Shown here: one piece after another, positions 9,449 to 18,815 of the stretch | How the letters are laid out: each line of letters begins with the position of its first letter | How positions within the stretch are numbered: the stretch's first letter is position 1 | DNA from: a virus | DNA length: 64,000 nucleotides | Strand: one strand, 5' to 3' | IMG/VR virus record: IMGVR_UViG_3300029813_000617 | Span: 27,231-91,230 of that record | Notes under the pieces: generated by a model | Seen by the model: only the letters and a program-made list of their open reading frames with translations | Told to the model about the DNA's origin: nothing | Database searches by the model: none | Translations under genes and position numbers: made by a program

Positions 9449-10047
9449 ACTCCTGCCTCTGAAGGTAGGATGCGCTGGCAAATAAGCATATTGGGAACCT
9501 CCTGAACTCTCTCCCATTCAGGATTATTAGTTAGCACCTGGTTTACGGCCTTTGCAACGCTTTTCCACTCAATGTCATGGAAGGCAACATGACCACCCAC
9601 AACAACCCATTTTAGGAATCCGCAGTCACTAAGAACTGTTGCGGTGTCATGACCACCGTCTATGAAAAGTAAACCTACTGGCTCCCAATCTAACTTAACA
9701 GCATCCAGGGAGTTCATCTCGTGAACTTCAATCTTATGTCTCCAAGGCTTCACATTCCGCTCAAAAATGTCGCGAGTATCGGGTTTTTTTGAGGGTACAA
9801 TTCCCCGCCCTGTTTTATCTCTGGGAACTCTACCACCCCTCGGAGCTTTCACAAGAAAGTAATCAATGCAGATCACTTTTCTCGCCACAGGAGCCATTGC
9901 AACGGTTGATTTGCCGAAATAGCTACCAACCTCCAGCACAACTTGATCCCGCGCAAGGCGCTCTAACACCTCAGCCTGTGCCAAGGATAACCAGCCGAAA
10001 ACTTTAGCTATTCGCTGAGATAACGATATCTCCGCCATAGTACTCAC
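9445..10047 (-). CDS. Class I SAM-dependent methyltransferase (Methyltransf_24-like)
   Basis: VLEVGSYFGKST, FIDGGH, FHD. Confidence 0.85.
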   Translation of the reverse strand: MSTMAEISLSQRIAKVFGWLSLAQAEVLERLARDQVVLEVGSYFGKSTVAMAPVARKVICIDYFLVKAPRGGRVPRDKTGRGIVPSKKPDTRDIFERNVKPWRHKIEVHEMNSLDAVKLDWEPVGLLFIDGGHDTATVLSDCGFLKWVVVGGHVAFHDIEWKSVAKAVNQVLTNNPEWERVQEVPNMLICQRILPSEAGV

Positions 10048-10922
10048 TCCCCAAAAATCTCTAGTTCCTTAATGACGTATTTGCACCACTTACCAAATGC
10101 TAGATCTTGATACCACACTACCTGAGCAAGTTCTCCCATTTGCAATAGCTTCTCCACCGAGGAGGAGAAAGAGTTCAAGATATCCTCAGCTTCCTCAGCC
10201 GAACTCGCATAGAAACTCATTTGATCCCAGTCCAGGAACGCTTTGAAAGGGCGAGTATCTATGTCACTGATAAGTAAAGGCACTATCCCTAACTGCATTG
10301 CCTCATAGAACCTAAAGGAAGTTGGCCCATAGCCTCGCGGGCTGAGGGCGATATAGGACTGGAGCATCTGGTTGACAAAGAAACCAAGACTTTTGACGCT
10401 GCCGCGTATGTCAGTATCATCTCTCTTGCCTAGAAGGCACTGCATCTCGAATCGGATCGTTGGGTATGTCCCCAACCTCCCAACAAAAGAGGCTAGCCAC
10501 TTTTTTCTCGGCTTAGGAGAAGGAGTCTTGTATGGATAAACCAACAAGGGCACATCGAAACTTTTTCCTCTGCGGGACGAGAAAAACTTGGTGATTCTAC
10601 CAAGATCAACTAGAGGGCCTGCAGAGTCCTGGCAGATTGTAAAGGTCCTATCCTCATTGAGAGTTCGTTCTAACACTTGCTGCTGAAGGAATTCCAGTCC
10701 CGTCTTTCCATGACTGTGATTCCAGTGATACCAGGTCCAGTATATGGGAAGATAATGCCAATCAGCAACACCAGGTCGATTCGTGACAAATCCTGGGTTC
10801 TGCTCGAGAAATCTAAGGAAATCTTGCTCAATGCCATAGCTTCCTTTGTTATGTGCAGGATAGGCAAATACGGTAGATTGTGGTTGGAGCTCAGGAGGTA
10901 CTGGCAGAACGAATATCTTCAC
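10044..10922 (-). CDS. Exostosin-family (GT47-like) glycosyltransferase
   Basis: SFVG, LSPRGYGPTSFRFYEAMQLGIVPLLISD. Confidence 0.8.
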   Translation of the reverse strand: MKIFVLPVPPELQPQSTVFAYPAHNKGSYGIEQDFLRFLEQNPGFVTNRPGVADWHYLPIYWTWYHWNHSHGKTGLEFLQQQVLERTLNEDRTFTICQDSAGPLVDLGRITKFFSSRRGKSFDVPLLVYPYKTPSPKPRKKWLASFVGRLGTYPTIRFEMQCLLGKRDDTDIRGSVKSLGFFVNQMLQSYIALSPRGYGPTSFRFYEAMQLGIVPLLISDIDTRPFKAFLDWDQMSFYASSAEEAEDILNSFSSSVEKLLQMGELAQVVWYQDLAFGKWCKYVIKELEIFGE

Positions 10923-11011
10923 TTCAACGACTCCATCCGCATCTTTTACACAGGGGTAAGAAGCGTTCTCCCCTGCTTAGTCTTTCGTATACCTCTTTGT
11001 ATGGCTAAACA

Positions 11012-11698
11012 TCAATTCCCCTTAATCAGGTCAGCACACCAGAGGCAGAACAGAGAGCCTTTTAGTCTGGTCAGTACCTGTTCCGTACCAGGATTTGGAT
11101 AAAAAAAAGCCTCTTCTACCACAGAGAATTCTGGTAGTGCAGCTAAGACTTGAGATTTGGTGAAAATCCTGTGAGCATTGAAGCAGAGCATGGATGTATG
11201 GCTTATAGGTACACTTATTATGAAGTGTCCTCCTGGCTCAACTACTCGGGAAACCTCTTTGAATGCTTTGATGCTGCCATACGGGTCTAACTTGTCGCCA
11301 TACCGACCTAACCCAACATGCTCTATTACGCACAAGCTACACAAGAGTTCCACGGAGCCATCGGCAACAGGAAGATTGGTGATTGAAGCTCGCCTGCAAG
11401 TCAAGTTAGGTAAAGAGACTGGAAGGGGCCTTATATCAAAACTAGTAGTTGGGAACAACCGAGAGATGATCCCTACGAGAAGTGCAGTTGAACCCACGTC
11501 AACTACACTCTTTGGATGAATCTCAACGATTCTCTTAAAAGCCCACGTATCCTGACGGAAGCAAAATCCATCCACATGAGTCACAGCGGTTTTCTGGCCG
11601 AGACACGGGTATCGAATTCCTCCCTTCTCTGCACCAGGAAGTTTCATGTAGGCTATGTACTCTCTGCGATACTCCTCCATCATCTCTTCCCGATTCAC
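11012..11698 (-). CDS. DUF268-like / class I methyltransferase-fold protein
   Basis: VVDVGS, SLCVIEHVGLGRYGD.LDP.G, FNAHRIF. Confidence 0.75.
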   Translation of the reverse strand: MNREEMMEEYRREYIAYMKLPGAEKGGIRYPCLGQKTAVTHVDGFCFRQDTWAFKRIVEIHPKSVVDVGSTALLVGIISRLFPTTSFDIRPLPVSLPNLTCRRASITNLPVADGSVELLCSLCVIEHVGLGRYGDKLDPYGSIKAFKEVSRVVEPGGHFIISVPISHTSMLCFNAHRIFTKSQVLAALPEFSVVEEAFFYPNPGTEQVLTRLKGSLFCLWCADLIKGN

Positions 11699-12291
11699 TA
11701 TTCTGTCTCCACTTGATACGAAAACACCAGAACTCCTCGATGTATCTTCTGGAAAGATCCCTTTCCCGTGTAATCCAAACAGACAAAACTCGAACTAATT
11801 CTGTATACAGCAAAGTCCACCTCAGCTCTTGTAGGCCAGTTATAGCCACACACCTCGGGATCTCTCTTTCCAAAATCATCTACATCGTCGATTGCGATAA
11901 CAAGTGAAGAGCTAGGACAATATTGACGAATAGTTTCTAGCTCATCTAACAAAGGGCACGGAAAATCTGCACCGCCAGTGCCACTGCCACTAAAGTGCCC
12001 ATCTAGCCAGAAGAAGATTCGATCTTCGGAAGAACACAATGGAAAGGTCTGCTTACGAAAGATCTCGTAGCTTTTACCCAGGAAGACCTGCTGATTCGCC
12101 CCTGTTGGATACTGAGACACCGCTAACCTATAAAGCCCTAGTGCAACTTCAACAGTATAACAGCGCTCAAATATACCTGACTCAAGAGCCCTTCGGAAAG
12201 AGTACCCCAGATGTGTCCCTGACTCGATGAATACATTGCACTGAGCATCCCTAGCAATCTTCAAGATTTGAGATGTGATAGTGGACATCAT
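11698..12291 (-). CDS. Putative methyltransferase-fold protein
   Basis: FIESGTHLG, FWLDGH, CPLLDEL, IDD. Confidence 0.6.
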   Translation of the reverse strand: MMSTITSQILKIARDAQCNVFIESGTHLGYSFRRALESGIFERCYTVEVALGLYRLAVSQYPTGANQQVFLGKSYEIFRKQTFPLCSSEDRIFFWLDGHFSGSGTGGADFPCPLLDELETIRQYCPSSSLVIAIDDVDDFGKRDPEVCGYNWPTRAEVDFAVYRISSSFVCLDYTGKGSFQKIHRGVLVFSYQVETE

Positions 12292-12295
12292 CTAC

Positions 12296-12943
12296 TTACT
12301 TAGGGTCTCGGCAGATCGCAACAACTGGCGATGCTTTTGTGTCAGTATCCAAGGAAGGACCGAGAGTGTGATTAGAGAGCCTAACGTCACCGAAATATGA
12401 GAGAAGGACATCTCGAAACTCTCCAGCAGTCCATTCTCGAACATGCCGTATGTTTCCTGGGGGGCCCTCGCTCTGTGCTCCTCCTCTAGAGTTTCTGTTC
12501 GGCGACGAGATGTAAAGAGTTCCTGGGTCTTTGAGAATGCGGCGTAGCTGACTCAGCACCTTCTGATAATCCTTGACATGCTCAATGATCTCAATGGCAG
12601 CGATGATATCAAAGCCAGCGTCGGGCAGAGAAGAATCCTTTATATCCCCACACAGAAAGCGAACGTTCTTCAAGGGGAAACACTTCCTAGCAAACTCATA
12701 GCCACGAGGGACTATTTCGACTCCAGTCACCGACCGAGCCTCTTGGGCCAGAATGGCTGTACCTAAACCTGAACCCGATCCGACATCACAAACTACCCTA
12801 TCTACAGACTCACGTGCAACAGCCTCGTAGATTTCTCGCTGGGGGTAAGAGAATAACACCCTACTTTTCCCCCAACGATCGAACATAGTCTCTACAGGAT
12901 TACATTCCATCTCGGGATTTTCTTTGTACATCATGGTCCTCAC
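12296..12943 (-). CDS. Class I SAM-dependent methyltransferase
   Basis: DVGSGSGLG, EIIEHV, ISSPN, HVREW. Confidence 0.88.
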   Translation of the reverse strand: MRTMMYKENPEMECNPVETMFDRWGKSRVLFSYPQREIYEAVARESVDRVVCDVGSGSGLGTAILAQEARSVTGVEIVPRGYEFARKCFPLKNVRFLCGDIKDSSLPDAGFDIIAAIEIIEHVKDYQKVLSQLRRILKDPGTLYISSPNRNSRGGAQSEGPPGNIRHVREWTAGEFRDVLLSYFGDVRLSNHTLGPSLDTDTKASPVVAICRDPK

Positions 12944-13734
12944 TTTACAGGAGTATTTGGGAGACTGACTATCTCCCGCCAGTTCTTGTTGCGGTGTATC
13001 TCAAGACCACCAAACTGCATATTTACGAAACCTAGCTTTTTGGAGAGTTGCTGCTCACCCCAGTTATTTTCGTTCCTATAATACAGTTCTACCAGACCTA
13101 GGGCGATGTTGCTGCGAGCAAGCAGTTCTTCCAGGAACTTGGCACGATATACTGATAGCCAAAGAACAACTGGCCAGCACCTGCTCTTCAACACTCCATC
13201 TTGGAAGCGTGTCCACCATAACGTATAGTCCTGTTGTCGAGTAGGTGTAAGGTGTACTCCTCTGAAAGAAACCTGACCAGGGTCAACGCTTATATGGGTA
13301 AGGTTGCCTAGTTGGAAGTTGTGAGCTCTTCCGATTAGCGGATAGCCAACCAGGCGTATCTGCACTAACTCTTTGTCTCTTTCAAAAGCATCGCAACTAT
13401 GCTTAAGGAGTTGCTCCAACTCAGAAACATACACATTGTCATCTAAGTGAATGAAACTAAGATCGGAGCCTTGTTCATGAGCCTTGCGTACAGCAGAGAG
13501 AAGAGCCGCAGTGCCACCAAGACGCTTCAGACGCTGAATGTAGGTAATGTTCGGCTTGTTATAAATCTCCTTGCCTACTCCATACCAAGTGGATCCAGGC
13601 TTTGGTAAATCGTCAACAACAATGTGAGGATAAGTCTCGCCAACAACCTTCCTTAGTGAGGCTAGGGAGTACCGAGCAAACTGAGCACGCTGCTGACTGT
13701 GAATGTAGCTCGGCGTCACAATTGTAAGCTGCAC
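12940..13734 (-). CDS. Putative GT-A fold glycosyltransferase
   Basis: TIVTPSY, IVVDD, HLDDN; GTG start after GGGGAG RBS. Confidence 0.6.
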   Translation of the reverse strand: MQLTIVTPSYIHSQQRAQFARYSLASLRKVVGETYPHIVVDDLPKPGSTWYGVGKEIYNKPNITYIQRLKRLGGTAALLSAVRKAHEQGSDLSFIHLDDNVYVSELEQLLKHSCDAFERDKELVQIRLVGYPLIGRAHNFQLGNLTHISVDPGQVSFRGVHLTPTRQQDYTLWWTRFQDGVLKSRCWPVVLWLSVYRAKFLEELLARSNIALGLVELYYRNENNWGEQQLSKKLGFVNMQFGGLEIHRNKNWREIVSLPNTPVK

Positions 13735-13738
13735 CTTG

Positions 13739-14239
13739 CTATTCTCCCCTTGAGGCTTCGCACAAAAGATCCCCATCTATAATGGATCCATTGCGCGAGG
13801 GAACTACTCTGCAGCTTATGATGCTGAATCCCGCCTGCTCTACAAAATGTCTTAGGCTCTCCACGTCAAATAGGTTGTGGTTTAGATACCCAGGTCCTCT
13901 ATTCTGCATACCCAGAATGCTGTGAAGTCCCGTGCTCGCTCGGAAAGCCAAGTCTCCTGCAAGCCAACGCCTCATATGTGTAGTGATGTTAGGGCATCGA
14001 ATTTTCAACCGCCCTCCAATCTTCAATACTCTGAGCCACTCTCTAAGCGTCGCAGGAAAATCTGAGGCAGGTATATGCTCAACCAAGTGCGATGAGTAAA
14101 CCTCGTCTACACTCTCGTCAGGATAATCCAGATGTCTTACATCCATTCTCTGATCAGCTTTAGAGTAATACTTATCTATGTTCACGTAGCCCTTGAGAAG
14201 AGCTCCGCCACAACCCAGGTTCAGTTTTAGAGTACACAC
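13739..14239 (-). CDS. SAM-dependent methyltransferase (type 11-like)
   Basis: LNLGCG, YVNID, SHLVEH, RVLKIGG. Confidence 0.85.
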   Translation of the reverse strand: MCTLKLNLGCGGALLKGYVNIDKYYSKADQRMDVRHLDYPDESVDEVYSSHLVEHIPASDFPATLREWLRVLKIGGRLKIRCPNITTHMRRWLAGDLAFRASTGLHSILGMQNRGPGYLNHNLFDVESLRHFVEQAGFSIISCRVVPSRNGSIIDGDLLCEASRGE

Positions 14240-15222
14240 TATGAAACCCTCCTAATCATCTGAGCTATACGCATGTCCCAAGTGTGACGAGCAAGTACTT
14301 CCCTTCGCCCTGCAGTAGCAATTTCCTCACGTTCCTCCTCGTGGGCAAGATAGTACTTGGCTAACTCTATAGCTTCAGGTACTGAGTTGAACCACACTAG
14401 GTGTTTCCTGTTCTCAAAGAATGTCTCTATGCCAGGTACATAGTGAGTTAAGTGAAAAGCCCCACTAGCCATCGAGTTCATGGCACGTCTCCACGATGCG
14501 TACATATGAATATCGTTCACACCATTGACACCCAGGGTAACTTTTGTGCGAGAGCAAACTTTAGAGAATGTGCCACCAAAGACAAATGGGTGCAGGTACA
14601 CATCTCCCCTCTCTCTCAGATACACCCAACTCCCGATAGTTCCAAAGATATGTAAACAGAATCCCTCACCAAGAATAGTTTCTAGCAACTGGCGGCGAAC
14701 CTTGTAGCCTGTATTCTGAGGAAGAGGGATATTAGATCCCATAAAGACTAGATCCCAGGTCTTCTCTTCCTTTTTTGGGTAGAATACTTCAGGATCGACA
14801 CCGCAACCCCACCAATCTCCAACATACTTCACACCCGCTGCTTCATATATGTTGCGACACCTCGCGTCATCATTGTTGAACAAGGTGCAATCTGCGTACT
14901 GACCTATATCAACTACCCATGGTTGCAAGTTCCACCGAAAGTCTCCATAGAAATGAATGACATAGGTATCCAAGCTCTCCTTGATTGCTTCGACAGTAGC
15001 TCCAGAAACGTTTCCGCACTTCCCAAGGTGAATCAGGCGAGGCTGAAACCGCAGAGCAGCCTCGACTAGCATCTCATTCATTCGAATGACACCGTGTTTG
15101 GCAGCGAGAGATCCATTATCGAAAGTTTCTAGGGTAGCGATTTTGCGATACGCCTTTATTATACCATTCACGTTGTCTGCTGAGTAGGCAGACGAGATAG
15201 TATCAACGTATAGAACTTTCAT
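14239..15222 (-). CDS. GT-B glycosyltransferase (CgeB-like)
   Basis: DLVFMGS, R...MASGAF.LT, YYLAHEEEREEIA..G...HTW..R. Confidence 0.8.
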   Translation of the reverse strand: MKVLYVDTISSAYSADNVNGIIKAYRKIATLETFDNGSLAAKHGVIRMNEMLVEAALRFQPRLIHLGKCGNVSGATVEAIKESLDTYVIHFYGDFRWNLQPWVVDIGQYADCTLFNNDDARCRNIYEAAGVKYVGDWWGCGVDPEVFYPKKEEKTWDLVFMGSNIPLPQNTGYKVRRQLLETILGEGFCLHIFGTIGSWVYLRERGDVYLHPFVFGGTFSKVCSRTKVTLGVNGVNDIHMYASWRRAMNSMASGAFHLTHYVPGIETFFENRKHLVWFNSVPEAIELAKYYLAHEEEREEIATAGRREVLARHTWDMRIAQMIRRVS

Positions 15223-16118
15223 ACAGATGCCTTTCCCGCAACTACTGCGTCGATTATGCGCTCCCCTACTCGTTTCCAAGTATGTTCCTGGACTTTCTCC
15301 AGGCCAAGCTTGCAAAGGCACTCTCTTTCTACATCATGGGACAGATAGTAGTCAATAAGATCAAGTTCCTCTGTAGGACTCCTGAACTGAGGTACGGCAT
15401 CTCCGAACAAATCCTCTATTCCGGCGTTCCAGGCCGAGATACAGAATCCACCGCTCGCCAATATGTCGAATACTCGGACTGGAACAAAACCCTGGTCTGA
15501 CATTTCGTGATACTGGTCATTCAGACTTATCTTGACTGAGCCATACAAATCAGCCAAGTCGTCATAAGGGAAAAACGCACCCCCATAGTATTTCTCAGGT
15601 AGAAGACTTTTCCATTGGCCACTCCACGCCTTTATCCTGTAATCTCCAGATAGCAAGGGGGTCAGAGCTCGTCGCCCCCAAGTTCCCTTGGGTCCCTGTC
15701 CTGGCCTGGGATTAGCTACAAGAGCTATGTCGCAGCCGAAATCCTTACGCTCTATGGGGGGAGTCTTGGAGCTAGCCCCAACCATCGTCTCAACATTTTG
15801 GCAACCCATATCACGGAGGACTTGAGTGAATGGTGAAGAGAGACAGAACACTTTGCCAAAGCGTTGCAGATAACTAGGGTTCCTCCCAGCAGAATTTGGG
15901 TGATCATAGAGCCAGGCGATAGTATAGATGTCGGGTAACCTTTGAAAATCATAACCCAATTGAAAGAAGCAAGCATCTGGATCCTTGTCTGAGACTTCGA
16001 CTCCTAGTGACTGTAGAGCCCTAGTGATCTCCTGTCTTACCCAATAGTCACCCCATAACAGAGCGGTGGATGGTGGTTTGGCATACTGCATATCACTCGA
16101 GAGGACATATATCCTCAT
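15219..16118 (-). CDS. GT-B glycosyltransferase (CgeB-like)
   Basis: WGDYW, ISLND, RVFDILASGGFCIS, HTWKR. Confidence 0.8.
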   Translation of the reverse strand: MRIYVLSSDMQYAKPPSTALLWGDYWVRQEITRALQSLGVEVSDKDPDACFFQLGYDFQRLPDIYTIAWLYDHPNSAGRNPSYLQRFGKVFCLSSPFTQVLRDMGCQNVETMVGASSKTPPIERKDFGCDIALVANPRPGQGPKGTWGRRALTPLLSGDYRIKAWSGQWKSLLPEKYYGGAFFPYDDLADLYGSVKISLNDQYHEMSDQGFVPVRVFDILASGGFCISAWNAGIEDLFGDAVPQFRSPTEELDLIDYYLSHDVERECLCKLGLEKVQEHTWKRVGERIIDAVVAGKASV

Positions 16119-16119
16119 C

Positions 16120-16980
16120 TTACACGCCCCCTGGCATCTTTCCGCTATCAGGGCACCAAGTGTACTGCCCTATATCTCGAACTGTCACCTTGGTTTCATA
16201 GTGGCCGGGGTTTCCTAGTTTACCTTGCTCAGTTAGTTCTCTAACTCTCAATACGGCAGCATTATGAGCAGACGTTTTGAAGTCTCTATACATTGCCCCA
16301 TCTTGCATCTCAAAGTTTTCGTCAGGCAACTCTCTGCAGTTAGCATTTCTCACATAGGCACTTCTGAGTCCATGATGCTGCTGCCTCGTATGGAGCTCGC
16401 TATCCTCTAGGCCATATATACTGTGTTCACAGAAATACCCCAGCCTCACGAGTGTGGCAGCACTCATAACATAGAGTCCCCCAGGATTAGGGCAATTATC
16501 CAGGAAAACTCCCTCAACCTCTTTCCAAAGAGTCGGGGTAAACCACGTGTGTCCCCAGGGCTGACCAAACCCCTGCACGTTGTTGCCAACTATCCCGAGA
16601 CCAGGGAGCTCCGAAGCATAGCAAAGATAACTAAGCCAGTACGGGCTAACCTCTATGTCATTATCTATACAACAGTACCAAGCAGCTTCGCCTTCCGAGA
16701 CCTTTAGCCCAAAGTTCTTCCCTACTGCGATTCCTCTATTCTCGGGCAACAAAATCAATCTATCGATCAAGTCTGCTCGCCTGAGCTTCTTCAAGTTCGC
16801 AACGGTTTCATCCCAACTACCATTATCAACAACTGTTAAGACGTGAGGTAGGAAAGTATTCGCGAAGACCGAGATCAGGCTCTGGCCAGTACATTTCCAT
16901 CTGTTAAAAGTGACCATCGTAACGGAAGCCCTCTGTTCAGACTTCTTAGCATCCGCTACGAACTGTTCAGGGCTAAACAC
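16120..16980 (-). CDS. Glycosyltransferase family 2
   Basis: VTFNR, VVDNGS, IDND, YGLED. Confidence 0.85.
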   Translation of the reverse strand: MFSPEQFVADAKKSEQRASVTMVTFNRWKCTGQSLISVFANTFLPHVLTVVDNGSWDETVANLKKLRRADLIDRLILLPENRGIAVGKNFGLKVSEGEAAWYCCIDNDIEVSPYWLSYLCYASELPGLGIVGNNVQGFGQPWGHTWFTPTLWKEVEGVFLDNCPNPGGLYVMSAATLVRLGYFCEHSIYGLEDSELHTRQQHHGLRSAYVRNANCRELPDENFEMQDGAMYRDFKTSAHNAAVLRVRELTEQGKLGNPGHYETKVTVRDIGQYTWCPDSGKMPGGV

Positions 16981-16985
16981 CTAGT

Positions 16986-18815
16986 TTATCCTTCTTCCTT
17001 GGATTGTGCGAGTATCCCTGTCCACCCAGAAGCCGCTTCTTTTTTCCTCATTTTTGATATGTGACTACCAGGCCCAGACGTCCTGACATCTCGCGCTGCA
17101 TCAGGCCACCTGAAATCCATATCAACCTTCTTGCTCAGAGCAGGAAGTTTCTCGGTCCACAGCTGTCTATACCGAGCAAGACTTTCAGGCGGAATCCACT
17201 TGCCAGTCTTCCGTTGAGTATAAGCCCACAAATGAGTCAACACAGCTGTCGGGCAGTAAATGTTTTTCAGGCCCGCCTCGAGACACCTTAAGCCGTAGTC
17301 TACATCTCCATAGCCAAGCTTGTACCCTTCATCTATTAGACCTACTAGTTCTATAGCAGATTTCTTGATAAGCAGACATGCACCTGTGTTAAAGGGAACC
17401 TCTCTCACTTCTAGTGATTCTGGGGTATCTGCAGAAGCTCCGTCAAAGGGATGGAAAGGATTCGTGCGATGAATGCTCCCTCCTATGTGCTGAATTCTCC
17501 CATCAGCATACAATAACTTGGCCCCAACTGTTGCCACGTCATCAGGTTGAGCTAATCGAATCATTTCCCTGAGCCAACCTCTAGTTCTCACAATGGTGTC
17601 ACTGTTCAGAAGTAGACAGTATTCTCCTCTAGAGTGCCAGATCCCCTGGTTGTTTGCAGCAGCCCATCCGAGGTTTTCCTCATTGGCTATCAGTGTCAGA
17701 CAGTTCTGTTTTTCAAGCCATTCCACACTTCCATCCTTACTTCCATTGTCAACCACGATCAATTCGAAGGAGCGGATAGTTTTATCCAGAACACTTCTGA
17801 CGCAATCGGCTGTAATCTCGAGAGTATTGTAAGTGACAACTATTACGGAAGTTAGTCTCGATACTATCTTGGGAGGCCACCGCTCCAGACCCTCCCGTAT
17901 CAGAAGCTGACTCCGAGGCAACCGAAGATGTTTAGATGTCCCGAGATCTTTGGGTATTTCGAATGTACTAGAAGAAAGCCCTTCGGAACTTTTGGGACTC
18001 TTTGGAGCTGAGTTCTTCCCCTGGAACAGATCCTCGTCACTACGCAACTCTGGCCACTGGGATACCAATCTTTGAAGGTTATAATCTCCCCGACCTGCTG
18101 ACTCTGGTCCTAAACCATTCTCGAAGTGACACAATATGGCTTTGGGTTGATACACAACCTTCCAGCCTGCTTTGCGAGCACGCCAACAAAAATCAGTATC
18201 CTCGAATTGGCCACCCTCGAAGCCCTCATCGAAGCCTTTAAGGTCTTCCCACACTTTACGACGGATCAGAATACATGCTCCTGTCACAGCGTTTAACTCA
18301 CGTCGCACGTTAGCTTCTTCACAAGAGAGGCTCTTTCCTCGAAAGGGATGATAGGGATGTTTTTGACTGGTACGAGCTACTCCTGCATGTTGAATTGTGC
18401 CTCCCAGTGGCTTCCCTTTTGTCTCGGGATAGACTAGTAAGGCACCTACAAGACCAATCCTGGGATCAGCCTGTAATTCCTGCTGCATGTGAGTAAGCCA
18501 CTGCTGCATTGGCTCCGTATCAGCATCCAGCAAACAGATATCACCAGGAACTTGCTTGACCGCCCAGTTAATGATGTCAGGGAAGTTCCTGCGAACCTTG
18601 GATCTGAGGATTACAGCTTGTCCTGAACGCTTGAGTTCACTCAAGTACTTTCGAAGCTCAGTACTAGGGGAGCAGTCATCGGCGATATAAAGCCGATAGG
18701 TTGCCTTGGTATGCTCGCGAAGAGCGTGGATGCAGCGACGCAAATACTCTACCCCATTGTACGTTGGGATCACAATGGAGATTACATCAGTAGTAGCATC
18801 GGAAGAGGGGCTCAT
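16986..18815 (-). CDS. Tandem two-domain glycosyltransferase family 2
   Basis: Domain 1: SIVIPTYN...DADT...TGAC...EDTDFC. Domain 2: SVIVVTYN...NSDT...TGAC...DVDYG. Confidence 0.9.
   Translation of the reverse strand: MSPSSDATTDVISIVIPTYNGVEYLRRCIHALREHTKATYRLYIADDCSPSTELRKYLSELKRSGQAVILRSKVRRNFPDIINWAVKQVPGDICLLDADTEPMQQWLTHMQQELQADPRIGLVGALLVYPETKGKPLGGTIQHAGVARTSQKHPYHPFRGKSLSCEEANVRRELNAVTGACILIRRKVWEDLKGFDEGFEGGQFEDTDFCWRARKAGWKVVYQPKAILCHFENGLGPESAGRGDYNLQRLVSQWPELRSDEDLFQGKNSAPKSPKSSEGLSSSTFEIPKDLGTSKHLRLPRSQLLIREGLERWPPKIVSRLTSVIVVTYNTLEITADCVRSVLDKTIRSFELIVVDNGSKDGSVEWLEKQNCLTLIANEENLGWAAANNQGIWHSRGEYCLLLNSDTIVRTRGWLREMIRLAQPDDVATVGAKLLYADGRIQHIGGSIHRTNPFHPFDGASADTPESLEVREVPFNTGACLLIKKSAIELVGLIDEGYKLGYGDVDYGLRCLEAGLKNIYCPTAVLTHLWAYTQRKTGKWIPPESLARYRQLWTEKLPALSKKVDMDFRWPDAARDVRTSGPGSHISKMRKKEAASGWTGILAQSKEEG

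Noticed and set aside
11101-11108. Phase-variable homopolymer (A8) in a glycan gene
   Set aside because: The tract is short and the frame is intact; there is no evidence of slippage without reads.
5289-18815. Host O-antigen/capsule locus (i.e. chromosomal DNA)
   Set aside because: No wzx/wzy/ABC exporter or priming transferase; the genes are co-directional with, and at one end overlap, phage head genes.
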